From Thermodesulfobacteriota bacterium (lineage in GTDB: Bacteria; Desulfobacterota_D; UBA1144; Nemesobacterales; JAJCZQ01), in NCBI GenBank assembly GCA_965215275.1, contig OZ244044.1, forward strand, positions 928,001 through 992,000: a stretch of DNA of 64,000 bases. The letters are read 5' to 3'. This document shows, piece after piece, positions 61,309-64,000 of this stretch (position 1 is the stretch's first letter; each line of letters begins with the position of its first letter). The notes beneath the pieces were generated by a model. The model was given only the letters and a program-made list of their open reading frames with translations. It did not search any database and was not told where the DNA came from. Position numbers and translations under genes: made by a program.

Positions 61309-62118
61309 ATGAAGTTAAAGATCTCTCACCTGACCAGATACGAGTTTGACAGTCCCGTTAATTATGCTGTCCAGCAGGTACATCTCACGCCGCAGTCAAT
61401 GGGGACACAGACCGTCCTGAACTGGGATATAGTCGTGGAAGGGGGAACCAAAGAGATGGACTTTACGGACCAGTACAACAATCTGGTCACTCTGACGAGC
61501 GTAAAGCCGGGCAGCACGGAGTTCAAAATAATGTGTGAAGGCACGGTCAGAACGAAAGACAAGGTGGGAATTATCGGAAGGAACCGTGGGTACGCACAGC
61601 CGTGGTATTTTAAAAGACCTACCCCGCTTACCCGGCCTGGCAAACACGTTCACGATTTTGTCAGATCCTCTCCCGGTCTTGACTCTGATAAAAAAGATAT
61701 CGAATACCTGCATAAACTGTCCGAGGCCGTTGAAAACGCGGTCTCTTACCAGAAAGGAGAGACCAGTACCTCAACTTCAGCAGAGGACATACTGGAAAAA
61801 GGAAGAGGCGTCTGTCAGGACCACGTTCACGTTTTTCTAAGTGCGGCACGGGTGCTCGGTTTTCCTGCAAGATACGTAAGCGGATACATGTTCATGGAAG
61901 ATCAGGTGGAGCAGGATGCAGGTCATGCCTGGGTAGAGGTCTGGATAGAGGAACTGGGATGGGTGGGATTTGACGTGTCCAATCAGATCGCCCCGAGCGA
62001 TAAACACGTTCGTATCGCAACCGGACTTGATTATTCCGACGCTGCACCGGTACACGGGATACGCTTTGGTAACGGCACGGAAAAAATATCCGTCTCTCTT
62101 CGAATAGAACAGATATAA
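61309..62118 (+). CDS. Transglutaminase family protein
   Basis: GVCQD..H, ARYVSGY, HAWVE and GFD motifs. Confidence 0.92.
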   Translation: MKLKISHLTRYEFDSPVNYAVQQVHLTPQSMGTQTVLNWDIVVEGGTKEMDFTDQYNNLVTLTSVKPGSTEFKIMCEGTVRTKDKVGIIGRNRGYAQPWYFKRPTPLTRPGKHVHDFVRSSPGLDSDKKDIEYLHKLSEAVENAVSYQKGETSTSTSAEDILEKGRGVCQDHVHVFLSAARVLGFPARYVSGYMFMEDQVEQDAGHAWVEVWIEELGWVGFDVSNQIAPSDKHVRIATGLDYSDAAPVHGIRFGNGTEKISVSLRIEQI

Positions 62119-62150
62119 AAGACCTGAATAATCTGCCTTACTGCAGAAGG

Positions 62151-63047
62151 TCAGGAGATCTCCTTAAGTGCCAGGTAAAGGGCCTGCGTTCCAGACCTGC
62201 CGTGACCGATCTCCTCGGTTTTTTCATAAAGCTGCTTTGCAAGTTTCAGCCCGGGCAGGGATAAGTTCAGTTTTTCAGCCTCACGAACTGCAATACCAAG
62301 GTCCTTAATAAAATGCTCAACGAAAAAACCAGGACTGAAATCCCCTTTGATGATCCTGGGACCAAGGCTTTCCATAAGCCAGGTGGAAGCAGCACCCGCG
62401 CAGACGGTCTTTATCATCTTTTCCTGACTCAAACCCGACTTACTGCAATAAAGAAGTGCTTCACATATACCCGTCATAATCCCAGCGACCGTGATCTGAT
62501 TGCACATTTTTGCATGCTGTCCCATCCCGGCACGTCCCTCGTAAACTATCTGATGACCCAGAAGGGATAGGAACGGCATGATGGAATCCACGACTTGTTC
62601 ATCTCCACCGACCATGATCGAAAGTCTTCCGCTCTTTGCACCCACGTCACCTCCGGAAACGGGAGCGTCAACCGAATCCGAGCCAAGTTCTCTGGCCTTA
62701 TTATAGATCTCCACCGCCAGCGAAGGTTCGGTAGTGGTCATATCCACCAGGACCTTTCCCGGCACAGGCGAGCTGAATATTCCCTTCCTGCCAAAATAAA
62801 CTTCTCTGACGTCGCTCGGGAACCCCACCATCGTGAAAACAACGTCCGAGGCGTCTGCCACCTCAGAGGATGAACCGCACCATCTGGCACCCTTTTTTAT
62901 CAATGCTTCCGACTTATGCCTGCTTCTGTTGTAAACGTATAAACTGTAGCCTCCTTCCATTATACGTTCACACATGGCGGCACCCATAATCCCCGTGCCT
63001 ACCCAGCCGACGTTAACACTGCTTTTATCAATGTCTTTTGAAAACAT
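62151..63047 (-). CDS. NAD(P)-dependent beta-hydroxyacid dehydrogenase
   Basis: G.G.MG, DAPVSGG, K..NQ and KDL motifs. Confidence 0.92.
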   Translation of the reverse strand: MFSKDIDKSSVNVGWVGTGIMGAAMCERIMEGGYSLYVYNRSRHKSEALIKKGARWCGSSSEVADASDVVFTMVGFPSDVREVYFGRKGIFSSPVPGKVLVDMTTTEPSLAVEIYNKARELGSDSVDAPVSGGDVGAKSGRLSIMVGGDEQVVDSIMPFLSLLGHQIVYEGRAGMGQHAKMCNQITVAGIMTGICEALLYCSKSGLSQEKMIKTVCAGAASTWLMESLGPRIIKGDFSPGFFVEHFIKDLGIAVREAEKLNLSLPGLKLAKQLYEKTEEIGHGRSGTQALYLALKEIS

Positions 63048-63065
63048 TTCAGCTGTTTAAATAAG

Positions 63066-63081
63066 GGGAATTATATACTTT
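63066..63081 (+). repeat. Dispersed GGRAATTATATAC motif
   Basis: gggaattatatacttt at the core/islet border. Confidence 0.65.
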
Positions 63082-63094
63082 GTTGTCCAGAACC

Positions 63095-63757
63095 TTATTT
63101 ATCAACAATGCTATAGCTATAATTTTTATCCCAGTATTTATCGGGGCTTTTCTGTTCATCCACTATTCTGTTTACAACCGCTGTAAGATAACGCATTTGA
63201 TCAGGGCTGGTATATTCCTTGCAATCGTTCAATTTTCTCCTATGTAATTCCAGTGCCCAGTTCCTGCAAACAACATGCTCTTTTTCCTTATAATAAGCTT
63301 CTATCTTACGATGACCCATAGTAGATTGAGCAACTACATCTGAATATTCTTCATACTTTGCTCTGATAAATGACCTGTCACAAAAATTTACATCAGTAGC
63401 ATAAGTAATAGACTCACCTACAAAGCACCTGCCAAAAGCATATATATGTCTGTCAGTAAAGGGTATTATAGCAATTTGTGACGTTTTATCAGATAACGAA
63501 TTAATTGTCCCAACTGCAAATCCTGTACTAAAATCCCCACCAATTGAATGAGACAATCCACCTGTGGCCAATCCGGAAATACCAGCAACGATGCTCATCA
63601 GCAGAGCTTCTCCAAATTTCTCAGAGAATGATTTGTTGTACATGACCTCTTTATAATATAAATGTAGTGAAAATTGCTTATCATCAGGTTTTTTCTGAGC
63701 AAAAGACACCGTGTTCAATGACAGAGTTAAAACTAAAGTTATGATCAGTATTCTCAT
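63095..63757 (-). CDS. Hypothetical exported protein
   Basis: Signal-peptide-like N-terminus and a glycine-rich hydrophobic segment. Confidence 0.6.
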   Translation of the reverse strand: MRILIITLVLTLSLNTVSFAQKKPDDKQFSLHLYYKEVMYNKSFSEKFGEALLMSIVAGISGLATGGLSHSIGGDFSTGFAVGTINSLSDKTSQIAIIPFTDRHIYAFGRCFVGESITYATDVNFCDRSFIRAKYEEYSDVVAQSTMGHRKIEAYYKEKEHVVCRNWALELHRRKLNDCKEYTSPDQMRYLTAVVNRIVDEQKSPDKYWDKNYSYSIVDK

Positions 63758-63859
63758 ATTGCATCCAGAGAAGGCCGCAGGACAATTACTGCTTTTTTTT
63801 GCCGCTTTTTACCATTTAAATAAAGAGAAAAAGGAGGATCAGGCCTGCCGAACTATTCG

Positions 63860-64000
63860 TCAGTAATCGCTGTGAGCGGATACCGGCGTGCTGCTTTTAA
63901 GTAAAGGCAGATATTCTCCGCCCAGTATGACCTTTCCGCTTTTTCTGCCGCTCTTTAACCTGTCGACTATGTATTCCTTGTCCGGCCCCATGATATTAAC
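63860..64000 (-). CDS. 3' end of a CDS entering from outside the window
   Basis: 47 open codons ending in TGA at 63860, with core-like composition. Confidence 0.4.
   Translation of the reverse strand, partial: VNIMGPDKEYIVDRLKSGRKSGKVILGGEYLPLLKSSTPVSAHSDY

Noticed and set aside
63056..63823. tttaaataa direct repeat as a target duplication around the 63095..63757 gene
   Set aside because: It is low-complexity and the right side lacks a matching inverted end.

Overview
Bacterial chromosomal window with a mosaic layout. Blocks of moderate-GC housekeeping genes (era, aspS, rmuC, sucAB, recG, topA, ugd, hemW, uvrA, uppP, rsmI, tRNA-Ser) alternate with visibly AT-rich accessory islets at about 1-3350, 6330-12450, 13890-15900, 22600-24980, 29720-43200, 54260-58580 and 63060-63830. 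The islets are rich in defence and toxin-antitoxin genes: an ABC-type ATPase, a putative chaperone-antitoxin-ART toxin triplet, a Panacea TA pair whose toxin is missing from the ORF track, an Mza-like MutL/Z1/DUF4420/AIPR operon, a BsaWI-like RM pair, an FRG-TPR protein and an MboII-like type IIS RM plus Mrr. No integrase or transposase was found. Two observations stand out. (1) A DUF4231(SLATT-like)-TIR-E2/SEC-C operon (14229-15811) in which the TIR protein has a C-terminal tail like those of E2-associated CD-NTases; this is a candidate TIR signalling system regulated by ubiquitin-like conjugation. (2) A motif, GGRAATTATATAC, recurs at islet borders and resembles IS1595 (ISNwi1-group) ends; for the RM cassette at 38209-40643 the window contains both a filled and an empty copy of the target site. 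All family assignments come from reading motifs by eye; no searches were run.
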